Numbered from the stretch's first letter, positions 47,143 through 58,259 are shown. The stretch: 64,000 nt of DNA from Pseudomonadota bacterium (GCA_022566265.1 JADFJG010000002.1:9173-73172); one strand, 5' to 3'. Program-made: numbers and translations. Notes: generated by a model not told the origin, from the sequence alone.

Positions 47143-50100
47143 TTAGCTTTCGCGCACCTCGGCGACGCCGGGCAGGGCCAGGATGCGCCCGCGCGCCTCG
47201 GGCGAAATCGCGTAGCCGCCGGGAAGGACGATCTCGACCTCCGAACCCGGCCAGGCACCGAGCACCAGATTGACCTCGCCGCGCCCGCCGCCCGCCTTGC
47301 CGATGACTTCCTTCAGCCGATCGAGCGCCTCATCGGCGGTGAGGTAGACCGTCAGCCTTGGCGGCGCCGCCGCCGCCGCCTCGTCCAACGCCTCGATGTT
47401 CTGGGCGGTGAGACGAACGCTATCGCCCTCGCGCCTGGCGTCCACCGTCACCAGCACCGGCGCGCCCGAGTCCAGAAGCTCGCGCGAGGCCGCCAGCACC
47501 TCCGAGAACAGCGTCACCTCGAACATGCCCGACGCGTCCGACATCTGCACGAAGGCGAAACGGTTGCCGCGGGCAGACGTGCGCTCCTTCTTGGCGATCA
47601 CCGTGCCGGCGAGGCGCGCGCGGGTGAGTTCGTGACCGGCGGGGCGGGACGCCAACTCGGCCCATTCGGTGACCTTCAGGCGCTCGAGCGCCTTGGCGTA
47701 GGCATCGAGGGGATGGGCCGAGAGGTAAAAGCCGATGGCCTCGAACTCGTGGCGCAATCGCTCAATGGCCGGCCAGTCGGCGACGTCGGGCAAGGGCTTG
47801 GCATGGAGCGCCAGATCGTCATCGGCGGAGAACAGGCTTTCCTGGGCGCTTCCCCGTTCGCTGGCCATGACGTTGGAATGCTGGACCAGGGCCTCGACGG
47901 CCCCGAGCGCCTGGGCGCGGTTGGGGTTGAGGCCGTCGAAGGCGCCGGCCGAAGCGAGGCTCTCCAGTTGACGCTTGTTGATGGCCTTGGAATCGCACCG
48001 CCCGGCGAAGTCGAAGAGGTCGGTGAACGGCCCGTTGTCGGCGCGCTCCTTGACCACCGCCTCCATCGCCTGGACGCCGACGTTCTTGAGCGCGCCCAGC
48101 GCATAGCGGATGGCGCGTTCGCCCGCGGGCAGGGTCTCGACTTTGAAGACGGCGGCGGAGGCGTTGATATCGGGGGGCAGGAGCCGGATCCGTAAGCGCG
48201 CGAGCTCCTGGCGGAAGGTGTTGAGCTTGTCGGTGTTGCCGAGATCGAGCGTCATCGAAGCGGCGAGGAACTCGACCGGGTAATTGGCCTTGAGATAGGC
48301 GGTCTGATAGGCGATCAGGGCGTAGGCGGCGGCATGGGACTTGTTGAAGCCGTAGCCGGCGAACTTGTAGACCTGCTCGAAAATTTGTTGGGCCGTGCCT
48401 TTGTCGACGCCCCTGGCGACGGCGCCGTCGATGAAGTGGCGCCGCTGTTCCTCCATCTCCGACTTGACCTTCTTGCCCATGGCGTAGCGCAGCACGTCGG
48501 CGGCGCCGAGGCTGTAGCCGGCCAGCACCTGGGCAATCTGCATGACCTGTTCCTGATAGATCATCACCCCGAAGGTCGGCTTGAGGATCTGTTCGAGGGA
48601 CGGGTGCAGATAGTCGGGCTGCTCGTCGCCGTGTTTGCAGGCGATATAGCGCGGGATGTTGTCCATCGGACCGGGGCGGAACAGGGCGACCAGCGCGATG
48701 ATGTCCTCGAAGCTGTCGGGCCTCAGCTTGCGCAACACGTCGCGCATGCCGGAGCTTTCCAGCTGGAACACCCCGATGCTCTCGCCCCGCGTCAGCATCT
48801 CGTAGGTCGGGGCGTCGTCGAGCGCCAGGCTCGAGAGATCGATCTCGACGCCGCGTTCCCCGATCAGCTCGCGGGCGCGTTCGAGCACGGTGAGGGTCTT
48901 GAGCCCCAAGAAGTCGAACTTCACCAGCCCCGCCATCTCGACATATTTCATCGAGAACTGGGTCACCGGCATGTCCGAGCGCGGGTCGCGGTAGAGCGGG
49001 ATCGTCTCGTCGAGCGGCCGATCGCCGATGACGACGCCGGCGGCGTGGGTCGAGGCGTGGCGGTAGAGCCCCTCGAGCTTCTGGGCGATGTCGAGGAGCC
49101 GGGCGACGGTGGCGTCCTCGTCGCGCATCTCCTGTAACTGGGGCTCGGACGCGATGGCGTCCGCCAGACCGACGGGATTGGCCGGGTTGTTGGGCACCAG
49201 CTTGCAGATCCGGTCGACCTGACCGTAGGGCATGCCAAGGACGCGCCCGACGTCGCGCAGCGCCGCGCGGGCCTGCAGCTTTCCGAAGGTGATGATCTGG
49301 GCGACCCGGCCACGGCCGTATTTCCGCTGGACGTAGGCGATGACCTCGTCGCGCCGGTCCTGGCAGAAATCGATGTCGAAGTCCGGCATGGTCACCCGGT
49401 CGAGGTTGAGGAAACGCTCGAACAGAAGACCGAAGCGCAACGGGTCGAGATCGGTGATGGTGAGCGACCAGGCCACCACCGAGCCGGCGCCCGATCCCCT
49501 GCCCGGCCCGACCGGTATGTCGTGGCCCTTGGCCCATTTGATGAAATCGGCGACGATCAGGAAGTAGCCGGGATAGCCCATTTCGGCGATAACGCCGAGT
49601 TCGTATTCGAGGCGCTCGCGATACGGCCTCGCCGCCTTCTTGCGCTGCTCCTCAATCATCGAGGCGGTGAACACATGGCTCTCCAGGCGCCGGGCAAGCC
49701 CGTCTTCGGCCTCGCATCTCAGCGCCTCGGCCTCGGTCTGGCCGTCGGCGACCGGAAAGGCGGGCAGGATCGGGCTTCGCGGCGAGAGCTTGAAGGCGCA
49801 GCGCTTGGCCACCACCAGGGTGTTGTCGGCGGCCTCGGGCAGATCGGCGAAAAGCGCCCGCATCTCCGCCGCCGTCTTGAAGCGATGCTCGGGCGTCAGC
49901 TTGCGCCTGGCGCCATCGGCGACGTAGGCGCCCTCGGCGATGCAGATCAGCGCGTCGTGGGCCTCGAACATCCCGGCGTCGGCGAAGAAGGTCTCGCTGG
50001 TCGCCACCAGTGGCACCTCGTATTCATAGGCGAGGTCGAGAAGCCTTCCCTCGATCCGTTTCTCGACCTCCAGCCCATGGCGCGTCACCTCGACATAGAG

Positions 50101-50628
50101 CCGGCCCGGGAACAGCTCCTTGAGCCGGGCGAGCCTTTCGCCCGCCCCCTGGTCCTGGTCCTCGGTGAGAAGCCGGCCGATGACGCCGCTGGGCCCGCCG
50201 GTCAGCGCGATCAGCCCGTCCGAGGCGCCCTCGAAGTCGTCCAGCGCCACCCAGGGGACGCCGCCGGCCTCGGCGTCGAGATAGGACTTGCTGAGAAGCT
50301 TGATCAGATGGTGGTAGCCCACCTGGTTCTGGACCAGGACGACGAGCTTGTCGGGTTCGGGCGCGCCGCCGGGGCCGGTTAATCCGGGGCGGCGGCCGGG
50401 CTTGTCCGGGGCGATGGCAAGCTCGCAGCCGATGATCGGCTGTACCCCGGCATCGGCGCACGCCAGGGAGAACTGGAGGGCGCCGAACAGATTCCTGGTA
50501 TCGGTCACCGCCACCGCCGGCATGTCGTTCGCCCGGCAGAGCGCCGCCAACTCCTCGATCTTGATCGCCCCCTCGAGCAGCGAGTAGGCCGAATGGACCC
50601 TCAAATGAACGAAATCCGCGTGCGCCAT
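47143..50628 (-). CDS. dnaE: DNA polymerase III alpha subunit
   Basis: 1161 aa. PHP domain (FVHLRVHSAYSLLEGA), polymerase core, OB fold. Confidence 0.95.
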   Translation of the reverse strand: MAHADFVHLRVHSAYSLLEGAIKIEELAALCRANDMPAVAVTDTRNLFGALQFSLACADAGVQPIIGCELAIAPDKPGRRPGLTGPGGAPEPDKLVVLVQNQVGYHHLIKLLSKSYLDAEAGGVPWVALDDFEGASDGLIALTGGPSGVIGRLLTEDQDQGAGERLARLKELFPGRLYVEVTRHGLEVEKRIEGRLLDLAYEYEVPLVATSETFFADAGMFEAHDALICIAEGAYVADGARRKLTPEHRFKTAAEMRALFADLPEAADNTLVVAKRCAFKLSPRSPILPAFPVADGQTEAEALRCEAEDGLARRLESHVFTASMIEEQRKKAARPYRERLEYELGVIAEMGYPGYFLIVADFIKWAKGHDIPVGPGRGSGAGSVVAWSLTITDLDPLRFGLLFERFLNLDRVTMPDFDIDFCQDRRDEVIAYVQRKYGRGRVAQIITFGKLQARAALRDVGRVLGMPYGQVDRICKLVPNNPANPVGLADAIASEPQLQEMRDEDATVARLLDIAQKLEGLYRHASTHAAGVVIGDRPLDETIPLYRDPRSDMPVTQFSMKYVEMAGLVKFDFLGLKTLTVLERARELIGERGVEIDLSSLALDDAPTYEMLTRGESIGVFQLESSGMRDVLRKLRPDSFEDIIALVALFRPGPMDNIPRYIACKHGDEQPDYLHPSLEQILKPTFGVMIYQEQVMQIAQVLAGYSLGAADVLRYAMGKKVKSEMEEQRRHFIDGAVARGVDKGTAQQIFEQVYKFAGYGFNKSHAAAYALIAYQTAYLKANYPVEFLAASMTLDLGNTDKLNTFRQELARLRIRLLPPDINASAAVFKVETLPAGERAIRYALGALKNVGVQAMEAVVKERADNGPFTDLFDFAGRCDSKAINKRQLESLASAGAFDGLNPNRAQALGAVEALVQHSNVMASERGSAQESLFSADDDLALHAKPLPDVADWPAIERLRHEFEAIGFYLSAHPLDAYAKALERLKVTEWAELASRPAGHELTRARLAGTVIAKKERTSARGNRFAFVQMSDASGMFEVTLFSEVLAASRELLDSGAPVLVTVDARREGDSVRLTAQNIEALDEAAAAAPPRLTVYLTADEALDRLKEVIGKAGGGRGEVNLVLGAWPGSEVEIVLPGGYAISPEARGRILALPGVAEVRES

Positions 50629-50724
50629 GACCCCTTACCGCTCCCCTTGGCCGGCTCCTCCCGGCCTCGGCCTATTGATTCCACAGACCCGGGCCAAGCG
50701 CAACATGTCGCTACCCGATTTTAC

Positions 50725-50748
50725 TTATCCACAGCATTTTGTGGATAA
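50725..50748. promoter_or_regulatory. inverted pair of perfect consensus DnaA boxes (TTATCCACA-n6-TGTGGATAA) upstream of dnaE
   Basis: ttacTTATCCACAgcatttTGTGGATAAatcg. Both 9-mers match the E. coli/alpha high-affinity DnaA box exactly, are palindromic to each other, and lie ~100 bp upstream of the dnaE start. Confidence 0.6.
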
Positions 50749-51007
50749 ATCGGACGGGATGGCCGCGCGCCTGTACCGCCGCTCATAGCCATGAGCCGAC
50801 ATCTGACCCGCATGATGTGCCCTCCAACGTTGGCTCGGTTTGCCGTCACGACCGCCTTCCGCTGGTCCCGATTGCCCGCCTCCGGCGGTACCCGCGATTC
50901 CACGGCGCTCACCCTATCGGTTGCTACGTCGAGCCCGATCCGGTAGGCTTGTTCGTCCGCGCATCCGTCCATCTGGGACGCCGGAAAGCCTCGGCAACGG
51001 GGGAAAT

Positions 51008-51634
51008 ATGATCAGAGCCGCTGGTCTCGCCATCTTGATCCTGGCCGCATGGACACCCATCACCCAGGCGGATTTCACGCAGAACATTCGACGGTGTGAC
51101 TCCGATAGCACCCATCCCGACATCCGGATCGCCGCCTGTACCCGGAATATTCAGTCGGGGCGGTTTATCGGGCGAAATCTCGCCGTCGCCTTCACCAACC
51201 GGGGCCTTGCCTACAAGAGGAAAGGCCAGTGGGACAGGGCCATCGCCGATTTCAGCGAGGCCATCCGCCTAAAGTCCGACGATGGCCATATCTTCAACAA
51301 CCGGGGCAATGCCTATTATTACAAAGGCCAATTGGATCGGGCCATCGAAGACTACGTTGACGCCATCCGCTTGAAACCCGATCTTGCCGTGGCCTTCAGC
51401 AACCGGGGCAATGTCTACAGAAAGCAAGGCCGATTCGACCGGGCCATCAAGGAATACGACGAGGCCATCCGCTTGAAACCCGACGATGCCCAGGTCTTCG
51501 CCGACCGGGGACTCGCCTACGAGATGAAAGGCGAACGAAGTCGAGCCCTGCGGGACTTCGAAAAGGCCCATGCCCTGGGCTTTCGTCATCCGCTGCTTTT
51601 GAAGAAACTTCGCGAGGCCGGCACCCCTCTGTGA
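51008..51634 (+). CDS. secreted TPR-repeat protein
   Basis: Start at MIRAAGLAILILAAWTPITQA (signal peptide). Followed by five or six 34-aa TPR units (AIADFSEAIRLKSDD...AIEDYVDAIRLKPD...AIKEYDEAIRLKPDD). Confidence 0.75.
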   Translation: MIRAAGLAILILAAWTPITQADFTQNIRRCDSDSTHPDIRIAACTRNIQSGRFIGRNLAVAFTNRGLAYKRKGQWDRAIADFSEAIRLKSDDGHIFNNRGNAYYYKGQLDRAIEDYVDAIRLKPDLAVAFSNRGNVYRKQGRFDRAIKEYDEAIRLKPDDAQVFADRGLAYEMKGERSRALRDFEKAHALGFRHPLLLKKLREAGTPL

Positions 51635-51916
51635 AGGCGGCGAACCTGATCTCCCGAATGGCCGAGCTGGGTCACGAGCAGCGATCCGCAACCCCCTTAA
51701 CGGTCGGTCCGCTGTCAGGGGTGATGCCGACGAAGTCGGGCGGAAAGCTGACGCCGGGTGTCGAAGGTCGGCTTGGGGCAGGAGAGCGGCCATACTGCAG
51801 GGTGGCCTCGTACGGCCGGGTATCGCCAACAACGGACGTCAAGTCTCCGCCGTTAGACATGGTTATGACGTCCGCGTCGTCACGGGATCAGTGGGCGGCA
51901 CGGATCGATCGGCCAA

Positions 51917-52249
51917 TCAGTCGGACTTGACGATGCGCGGCTTGGGAAAGCGTTTCTTCCGTTTCGCGTCTTTCACGATCGCGGCGCCCGCTTCCTCCAT
52001 CAAGTGTTTACCGACCTCCTCGCGCGCGAGCTTTTCGGCGGCCATGCCCCGGAAGACCTCGGCCTGTTCGTCGCCCGCGTCGGCCGCGAGCCCGAACAGT
52101 CTGAAGGCCTCGCCCAGGTTCTGTTCGACGCCGCGCCCGAGCATGTAGAGCAGGCCGAGGGCGAAGCGGGCCTCGGTGTCGCCGGCGTCGGCGGCGATGC
52201 CCAGCAGCTCCGCCGATTTGCCCATCGCTCGGCCGACGGCCAGCGCCAT
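51917..52249 (-). CDS. Sel1-like repeat protein
   Basis: Start at MALAVGRAMG. Two Sel1 repeats (GDTEARFALGLLYMLGRGVEQNLGEAFRLFGLAADAGDEQAEVFRGMA). Confidence 0.55.
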   Translation of the reverse strand: MALAVGRAMGKSAELLGIAADAGDTEARFALGLLYMLGRGVEQNLGEAFRLFGLAADAGDEQAEVFRGMAAEKLAREEVGKHLMEEAGAAIVKDAKRKKRFPKPRIVKSD

Positions 52250-52875
52250 GGTTTGATCGGAATCCGTAATGAGTCGTCTCCCGTGCTGGCTCCTGTTGGC
52301 CTTACCGACCATCGGTTCCCCATCCGCCCCGAGCCCGCCTGTGCGGCCGGAGCCGCTTCGGCGTGGCGAAGGCCCGCCGGAACCAACATCGACGGGACAA
52401 ACAAGGGAGGATCACCGGTCCGGGCAGGAGTGAGGTGACCGCCCGTCAACGCTTCGAAACGGCGATCCCCGCCATTTATACACCAAGGTTGGTTAAGAGC
52501 TTGCTAACCCGGATATTTCATGAAGGGAACGGAATTTGCGGCGAGCAATGTTTGTCCAAGGCGGTGTGCGAAGCCGAAAGTCATAGCATCGCTATGGCTT
52601 GAGGTTTGGTGCGCCGATTTGGACAAACAGGGCCGTCGCAAAACCGTTCAGCGGACGAGGGTACAAAACGCCCCTTTTTCGAATAACGAGCCAAGCCATT
52701 GAAGTAAAACACTAACACACCCCGAGGGAGCGCCTTCATGAAATATTCGGGCCAACACATTCGGGCTCTGTTTCACCCTTCGCGCGGCCGGCCCGGGCAT
52801 CCGTCGTCGGTCACTCGCGATCATTGGCCGGCGGCGCTCCAGAACCAGCGTCAACCCGCGTTACGGGAAAACGCC

Positions 52876-53583
52876 CTAAACCAGGACGCCGTCCTTGAGG
52901 GCGACGGTGCGGTCCATGCGCTGGGCAAGCTCGGGATTGTGGGTGGCGATGAGGGCGGCGCTCGAGGTCGCGCGCAGCACCTTGACGAGTTCCTCGAACA
53001 CCTGATCGGCGGTCTCCCGGTCGAGGTTGCCGGTCGGCTCGTCGGCCAACAGCACCGCCGGGGCGTTGGCGAGCGCCCGGGAGATGGCGACGCGCTGCTG
53101 CTCGCCGCCCGAAAGCCTTGCCGGACGGTGGGAGGCGCGTTCCGACAGCCCGACCATGGCCAGCAGTTCGCTCGCCCTATCGGTGGCCTCGGCGCGGCCG
53201 ACGCCGGCGATCAATTGGGGCAGCATGACGTTCTCGAGCGCCGAGAACTCCGCCAACAGGTGATGGAACTGGTAGACGAAACCGAGGCGGGAGCGGCGAA
53301 GCCCGGTCCTCTTGTCATCGTTGAGCCCTCCGCAGGCGAGGCCGTCGAGCCACACCTCGCCGCCGTCGGGATGCTCCAGGAGCCCGGCGATGTGCAGCAG
53401 CGTCGACTTGCCGGCGCCCGACGGCCCCATCAGCGCGACGATCTCTCCGGCCTCGACGGCCAGCGAGGCGCCCCTCAGCACCCTGAGCTCGACCGGGCCC
53501 TGGACGAAGGTGCGCTCGACTTTATCGAGCCTGAGCGGCGCCGTCTCATTCATCGCGCCCTCATTCATAGCGCCCTCATTCAT
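52876..53583 (-). CDS. lolD: lipoprotein-releasing system ATP-binding protein
   Basis: ABC ATPase: Walker [10 protein letters not shown], signature [15 protein letters not shown], Walker [12 protein letters not shown]. The N-terminus carries a triplicated MNEGA from a 15-bp tandem repeat, so the true start is one of 53583, 53568, 53553 or 53538. Confidence 0.85.
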   Translation of the reverse strand: MNEGAMNEGAMNETAPLRLDKVERTFVQGPVELRVLRGASLAVEAGEIVALMGPSGAGKSTLLHIAGLLEHPDGGEVWLDGLACGGLNDDKRTGLRRSRLGFVYQFHHLLAEFSALENVMLPQLIAGVGRAEATDRASELLAMVGLSERASHRPARLSGGEQQRVAISRALANAPAVLLADEPTGNLDRETADQVFEELVKVLRATSSAALIATHNPELAQRMDRTVALKDGVLV

Positions 53584-54793
53584 AGCGCAGGGCCTCGACC
53601 GGATCGAGCGAGGCCGCCCGCAAGGAAGGATAGATCGTCGCCAGGAAGGAGAGCGCCAGCGCCGTCAGCACCACCACCGCCACGTCCGCCCCATCGAGCC
53701 TCGAGGTCAGACGGGCGAAGAATTCGGCCTCGCCCGAATAGCCGCCGCCCAAACCGAGCGCCGCGATCGCCCCGCCGAGATCCTCGACGCGCGCCGCCAC
53801 CGACAGGCCGACAAGGGTGCCGATGGCGGTGCCGAGGACGCCGACGGAAGCGCCGCTAAAGATGAAGATGCGAAGGATCATCCCCCGGGTCGCGCCCATG
53901 GTCCGCAGGATGGCGATGTCGCGGCCCTTGTCCTTCACCAGCATCACCATGCTGGCGATGATGTTGAGCGCCGCGACGAGGACGATCAGGGAGACGATGA
54001 TGAAGGTGGCGATGCGCTCGACCTCGAGCGCCACCAGCAAGGTCGCGTTCACCTGACGCCAATCGCGGACCTTGAAACCGCCGCCGGCGAGGCGGGCGAT
54101 TCCGGCGGTCCAGGCCTCGACCCGCGCCGGATCGGCGACCTCGACCTCGAGCGCGCTGACCCGGCCGGGCAGGCCGAACATGCGCTGGGCCGCGGCCAGC
54201 GGCATCAACAGCAAAGATTCACCCCTCGGTCCGGCGGCGGCTTCGAGGAGGGCGCCGATGCGAAAACGACCGCGCCGCGGCGCCAGTTGGATGCCTTCCT
54301 TGCCGCCGGCCTTGCCGCCGGCGGTGGGCGTCACCAGGGTCAAGGCATCGCCCCGGACGACGCCGAGCTTGGCCGCCAGCCGTGGCGAGATGACGATCTC
54401 GGGCGCGCCTTCGCCGCCGCCGCCGTCCGGCACTTGGGCGCCGGTAAGCCGGGCGAGCTCGTCGTCGGGCAAGCCCCTGGCGATGAGGACCAAAAGCCTG
54501 CCGCGCGAGGACACCATGACCTGGCGCTCGACCACCGGACGGACGCGGACGACGCCCTCGATGGCGCCGATCTCGCCGGCCAGGGATTCGAAACCGGCGA
54601 TGCCCGGCGGCCCGGCGGCCACCGTCAGATGGCCGCGAAAGCCGATCATCCGATCGACCAGTTGATCGCGGAAGCCGTTGAGCACCGCCATCACCACGAG
54701 CAGCGTGGCGACGCCAAGGGCGATGCCGGCGAGGCCGAGCCCGGCGATGAGGGACACCTTGCCCTCCTGGCGCCGGGGGCGCAGATAGCGCAT
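53576..54793 (-). CDS. lolE: lipoprotein-releasing system permease (LolC/LolE family, FtsX-like)
   Basis: [20 protein letters not shown]-terminus, 4 TM segments and a MacB-type periplasmic domain. Start may be a non-ATG codon further upstream, abutting the preceding permease gene. Confidence 0.75.
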   Translation of the reverse strand: MRYLRPRRQEGKVSLIAGLGLAGIALGVATLLVVMAVLNGFRDQLVDRMIGFRGHLTVAAGPPGIAGFESLAGEIGAIEGVVRVRPVVERQVMVSSRGRLLVLIARGLPDDELARLTGAQVPDGGGGEGAPEIVISPRLAAKLGVVRGDALTLVTPTAGGKAGGKEGIQLAPRRGRFRIGALLEAAAGPRGESLLLMPLAAAQRMFGLPGRVSALEVEVADPARVEAWTAGIARLAGGGFKVRDWRQVNATLLVALEVERIATFIIVSLIVLVAALNIIASMVMLVKDKGRDIAILRTMGATRGMILRIFIFSGASVGVLGTAIGTLVGLSVAARVEDLGGAIAALGLGGGYSGEAEFFARLTSRLDGADVAVVVLTALALSFLATIYPSLRAASLDPVEALRYE

Positions 54794-54843
54794 CGCGACG
54801 ACGCGCTCGAAGGTGCTAAGCACCGCCGCCCCTCCCCGGTGAT

Positions 54844-56091
54844 TCACCCATAGCGCAAGGTCTCGACCGGATCGAGCGTTGCCGCCCGCCACGACGGATA
54901 GAGCGTCGCCAGCAGCGAGATGCCAAGCGCCATCGCCGCCACCCAGGCCACGTCCGTCCCCTGGATGCGCGCCGGCAACTCGGCCAGGAAGTAGAGCTCG
55001 GGCGAAAACAGATCGACGCCCGCGACTTTCTCGATCCAACGGCGGATGCCCTCGATATTGGACGCCAGCAATATGGCGAGGCCGACGCCGGCAGCGGTGC
55101 CGGTGACGCCGATGGCGAGGCTGTTCAACAGGAAGATCCGCATGATCATGCCCCTGCTCGCGCCCATGGTGCGCAGAATCCCGATCTCGGATCGCTTGTC
55201 CTTGACCAGCATGTTCAGCCCCGAGACGATGTTGAAGGCGGCGACCAGGATCATCAGCCCCAACACCAGCATCAGCATGTTGCGCTGCACGCGCACCTCG
55301 TCGAGGAACGGCGTATAGGCCTGGCGCCAGTCGAAGATCCGGCGGTCCGGGCCGACGACCAAGGCGATCTCGGCGCGCGCCGAAGCGAGTTCCCGGATAT
55401 CGCCAAGCGCGACCTCGATGCCGGTGACGGCGCCCTTGAAACGAAAGAAGATCTGCGCCGCCTCGAGCGGCATGTAGATGAAGCTGTCGTCGTAATCGAA
55501 CATGCCGATCTCGAAAGTGGCGATGACGCGATAGCGCTTCTGGCGGGCGAAGGCGCCGAACGCCGTTCGCGTCGCCTGGGGCGACACCAGGGTCACCCTA
55601 TCGCCGACGCCGACGCCGAGCTTCTCGGCCAGGCGGGTACCCAGGATGACGGCGTTCTTTCCCTTGAAGCGGTCGAGCGTGCCGGCGCGGATATTGCCGG
55701 CGACGATGCTACGGTCCTTGAGATCGGCGGGGCTGAGCCCGCGCACCACCGCGCCGGCGGCGATATCCCCGCTGATGGCCATGACTCGGCCCTGGACCAT
55801 GGGCGTCGCCCGGACCACCTGGCCGAGGCCGCCGATGCGTTTGGCCAGCGCGTCGAAGTCCTCGATCCGCCCGCGCTGGTCGTAGACCCTGAGGTGGCCG
55901 TTGACTTCGAGCACACGGGAAAGAAGCTCGTGGCGGAAACCGTCCATCACCGCCATGACGACGATCAGCGCGCCGACGCCAAGCGCGATCCCCAGCACCG
56001 AAAGGGCGGCGATCACCGAAATGAAGCCTTCCTGGCGGCGCGCCCGCAGATAGCGCCAGGCGACGGTCCGCTCAAACGGGGAAAACATCAT
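54844..56091 (-). CDS. lolC: lipoprotein-releasing system permease (LolC/LolE family) paralogue
   Basis: 415 aa. MMFSPFERTVAWRYLRARRQEGFISVIAAL N-terminus. FtsX-like. In tandem with the second permease and lolD. Confidence 0.8.
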   Translation of the reverse strand: MMFSPFERTVAWRYLRARRQEGFISVIAALSVLGIALGVGALIVVMAVMDGFRHELLSRVLEVNGHLRVYDQRGRIEDFDALAKRIGGLGQVVRATPMVQGRVMAISGDIAAGAVVRGLSPADLKDRSIVAGNIRAGTLDRFKGKNAVILGTRLAEKLGVGVGDRVTLVSPQATRTAFGAFARQKRYRVIATFEIGMFDYDDSFIYMPLEAAQIFFRFKGAVTGIEVALGDIRELASARAEIALVVGPDRRIFDWRQAYTPFLDEVRVQRNMLMLVLGLMILVAAFNIVSGLNMLVKDKRSEIGILRTMGASRGMIMRIFLLNSLAIGVTGTAAGVGLAILLASNIEGIRRWIEKVAGVDLFSPELYFLAELPARIQGTDVAWVAAMALGISLLATLYPSWRAATLDPVETLRYG

Positions 56092-56100
56092 CGAACGACG

Positions 56101-57405
56101 TCACGCAGCCGCCGGCGCCGGAACCAGGCGGGCAAGCGCCGAGTCCGCCGAGTGCTCTTCCACCTCGCCGCTCTCGCGCCGCTTCAACTCGACGACGCCC
56201 TGCTTCACCCCCCGGGGCCCGACGATCAGTTGGTAGGGCAGGCCGATCAGGTCCATGGTGGCGAACTTGACGCCGGGCCGCTCGTCGCGGTCATCGTAAA
56301 GCACCTCGACGCCGGCCTGGCGCAACTTGGCGTAAAGATCGGAACAGACCCCGTCGCAGTCCTTGTCGCCGGCCCGCAGGTTGATCAGCCCGACCTTGAA
56401 CGGCGCCACCGATTCCGGCCAGATCATGCCGGCATCGTCGTGGCTGGCCTCGATGATGGCGCCGGCGAGGCGCGAGATGCCGATGCCGTAGGAGCCCATT
56501 TCGACGGTGATGGACTCACCATTGGGGCCGGTGACGACGGCGCCCATGGGCGCGGAATATTTGGTCCCGAAATAGAATATGTGGCCGACCTCGATGCCCC
56601 TCGCGGCGCGGAGCCTGTCGTCGGGCAGCGGACAGGCGGCCGGATCGTGCTCGTCATCGGTCGCCGCGTACAGGGACTTCAGGGTCTCGAGGTCCGGCTG
56701 TTCCCCCTTGGCGCGCAGCTCGTCGAACTTCGCGTCGTAGAAGATCTCGCTTTCGCCGGTCTCGGCCAGTATCTGGAACTCGTGGCTCAACTCGCCGCCG
56801 ATGGCGCCGGGATCGGCGCGCACCGGAATCGCCGTCAGACCCAAGCGGGAGAAGGTCCTGAGATAGGTCGCGAACATGTTGTCGTAGGACCGCTTGGCGC
56901 CGTCGAAATCGAGGTCGAAGGAGTAGTTGTCCTTCATCAGGAACTCGCGGCCCCGCATGACGCCGAAGCGCGGGCGGATCTCGTCGCGGAACTTCCACTG
57001 GATCTGGTAGAGGTTCTTCGGCAGGTCCCGGTAACTCTTGATCAGGTGCCGGAAGATGTCGGTGATCAGTTCCTCGTTGGTCGGGCCGTAGAGCATCTTG
57101 CGCTGATGGCGGTCGGTGATGCGCAGCATCTCCTTGCCGTAGCCGTCATAGCGGCCCGACTCCTCCCACAGCTCCGCCGGCTGGATCGTCGGCATGAGGA
57201 TTTCCTGGCACCCGGCCGCGTCCTGCTCTTCGCGGACGATGCGGGTGATGTTCTGCAGCACCCTGAGGCCAAGCGGCAGCCAGGAATAGATGCCGGCGCT
57301 CGATTGGCGGATCATGCCGGCGCGCAGCATCAACCGGTGGGAGACGATCTGCGCTTCGGCGGGCGTCTCCTTCAGGGTCGGCAGGAAATAGGCCGATAGA
57401 TGCAT
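56101..57405 (-). CDS. proS: proline--tRNA ligase (short alphaproteobacterial type)
   Basis: 434 aa class-II aaRS with a ProRS anticodon-binding C-terminal domain. [11 protein letters not shown] start. Confidence 0.9.
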   Translation of the reverse strand: MHLSAYFLPTLKETPAEAQIVSHRLMLRAGMIRQSSAGIYSWLPLGLRVLQNITRIVREEQDAAGCQEILMPTIQPAELWEESGRYDGYGKEMLRITDRHQRKMLYGPTNEELITDIFRHLIKSYRDLPKNLYQIQWKFRDEIRPRFGVMRGREFLMKDNYSFDLDFDGAKRSYDNMFATYLRTFSRLGLTAIPVRADPGAIGGELSHEFQILAETGESEIFYDAKFDELRAKGEQPDLETLKSLYAATDDEHDPAACPLPDDRLRAARGIEVGHIFYFGTKYSAPMGAVVTGPNGESITVEMGSYGIGISRLAGAIIEASHDDAGMIWPESVAPFKVGLINLRAGDKDCDGVCSDLYAKLRQAGVEVLYDDRDERPGVKFATMDLIGLPYQLIVGPRGVKQGVVELKRRESGEVEEHSADSALARLVPAPAAA

Positions 57406-57568
57406 GGCGTCCTTGAGCGCGAAACGGTGCGGGCGGCGCCGATCGAGGATCGGCCGGGTCCTGAGCGCGGTCAGACTTTATGCAAAGGCGCAATCAATAG
57501 CAATGGCGGGCGAAACGAGCGGGGAAAACCGGGTGAAAGAGCGGACCGAGGGGTGTCCGCTACGGCCT

Positions 57569-57994
57569 CTAACCTGCCGGGCCCTGTTTCTGGCAGGCGG
57601 CGGCGAGGCCGTGGCTCTCCTCGCTGGTCAGGGGCTGGCCGTTGAAATAGGCCCGGCCGTCCTTCTTGACGATGACGGTGCCGATAGTGGCCTCGGGCCG
57701 GTACAAATCCGGGGTCGGCGGGATGTTGAAGCGCTTGTCGATATCGACGGTGATGGCGATCACGATCTCCTCTGGCAGCTTGATTTCGGGCGCATCGCCG
57801 AGATCGGCGGGAACGACCGGGCGGCCATCGACGTCGACACCGGACTCATAGGCGACCCCCGGTTCGGCGACATGACGGACGAGGGCGGCGCAGTCGGCCT
57901 TGGTGATGATGACGGTCGCGGCGCCGGTGGGAACGGTGAAAACCGCAAGGATGGCGAGAGTCAGCGTCAAGGCATAAAAAAATTTTGGAAACAT
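57569..57994 (-). CDS. secreted hypothetical protein
   Basis: 141 aa. Signal peptide MFPKFFYALTLTLAILAVFTVPTGAA. No family recognised. Confidence 0.45.
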   Translation of the reverse strand: MFPKFFYALTLTLAILAVFTVPTGAATVIITKADCAALVRHVAEPGVAYESGVDVDGRPVVPADLGDAPEIKLPEEIVIAITVDIDKRFNIPPTPDLYRPEATIGTVIVKKDGRAYFNGQPLTSEESHGLAAACQKQGPAG

Positions 57995-58259
57995 GGATCG
58001 AATCTAATTCACCAACTTTTAACAAAGCGATAACCGCCCGGGCCTACCCTATCCCCATAAATCAGATTAACAAATCGTACCACCATATTGAATAATAAAG
58101 ATATATAACCCGGCATCTAGGTCCACGCTGACACCGTCCGGCACCCGGCGGAACCCCATTCCGACCCTCCCTCCCGGTTTTCGAAGGCGATGAAAAAAAA
58201 TCGAAAATATGCACAGGGCTCGTGACTCCGGCGCGGGAACCACGTACAATAATCGCCAA

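Noticed and set aside
47059-50587. Multiple 200-570-aa ORFs on both strands inside dnaE
   Set aside because: Overlap a confidently identified 1161-aa DnaE. These are shadow ORFs.
50629-51007. Chromosomal replication origin
   Set aside because: Only two DnaA boxes, no AT-rich unwinding element, and no flanking dnaA/hemE-type origin context. Treated as a regulatory site rather than oriC.
52313-52875. 560-bp intergenic region between the Sel1 gene and lolD, with small ORFs 52363-52602 and 52520-52702
   Set aside because: The ORFs are short and lack an RBS or any recognisable motifs. No clear structured RNA or terminator could be discerned by eye. Left unannotated.
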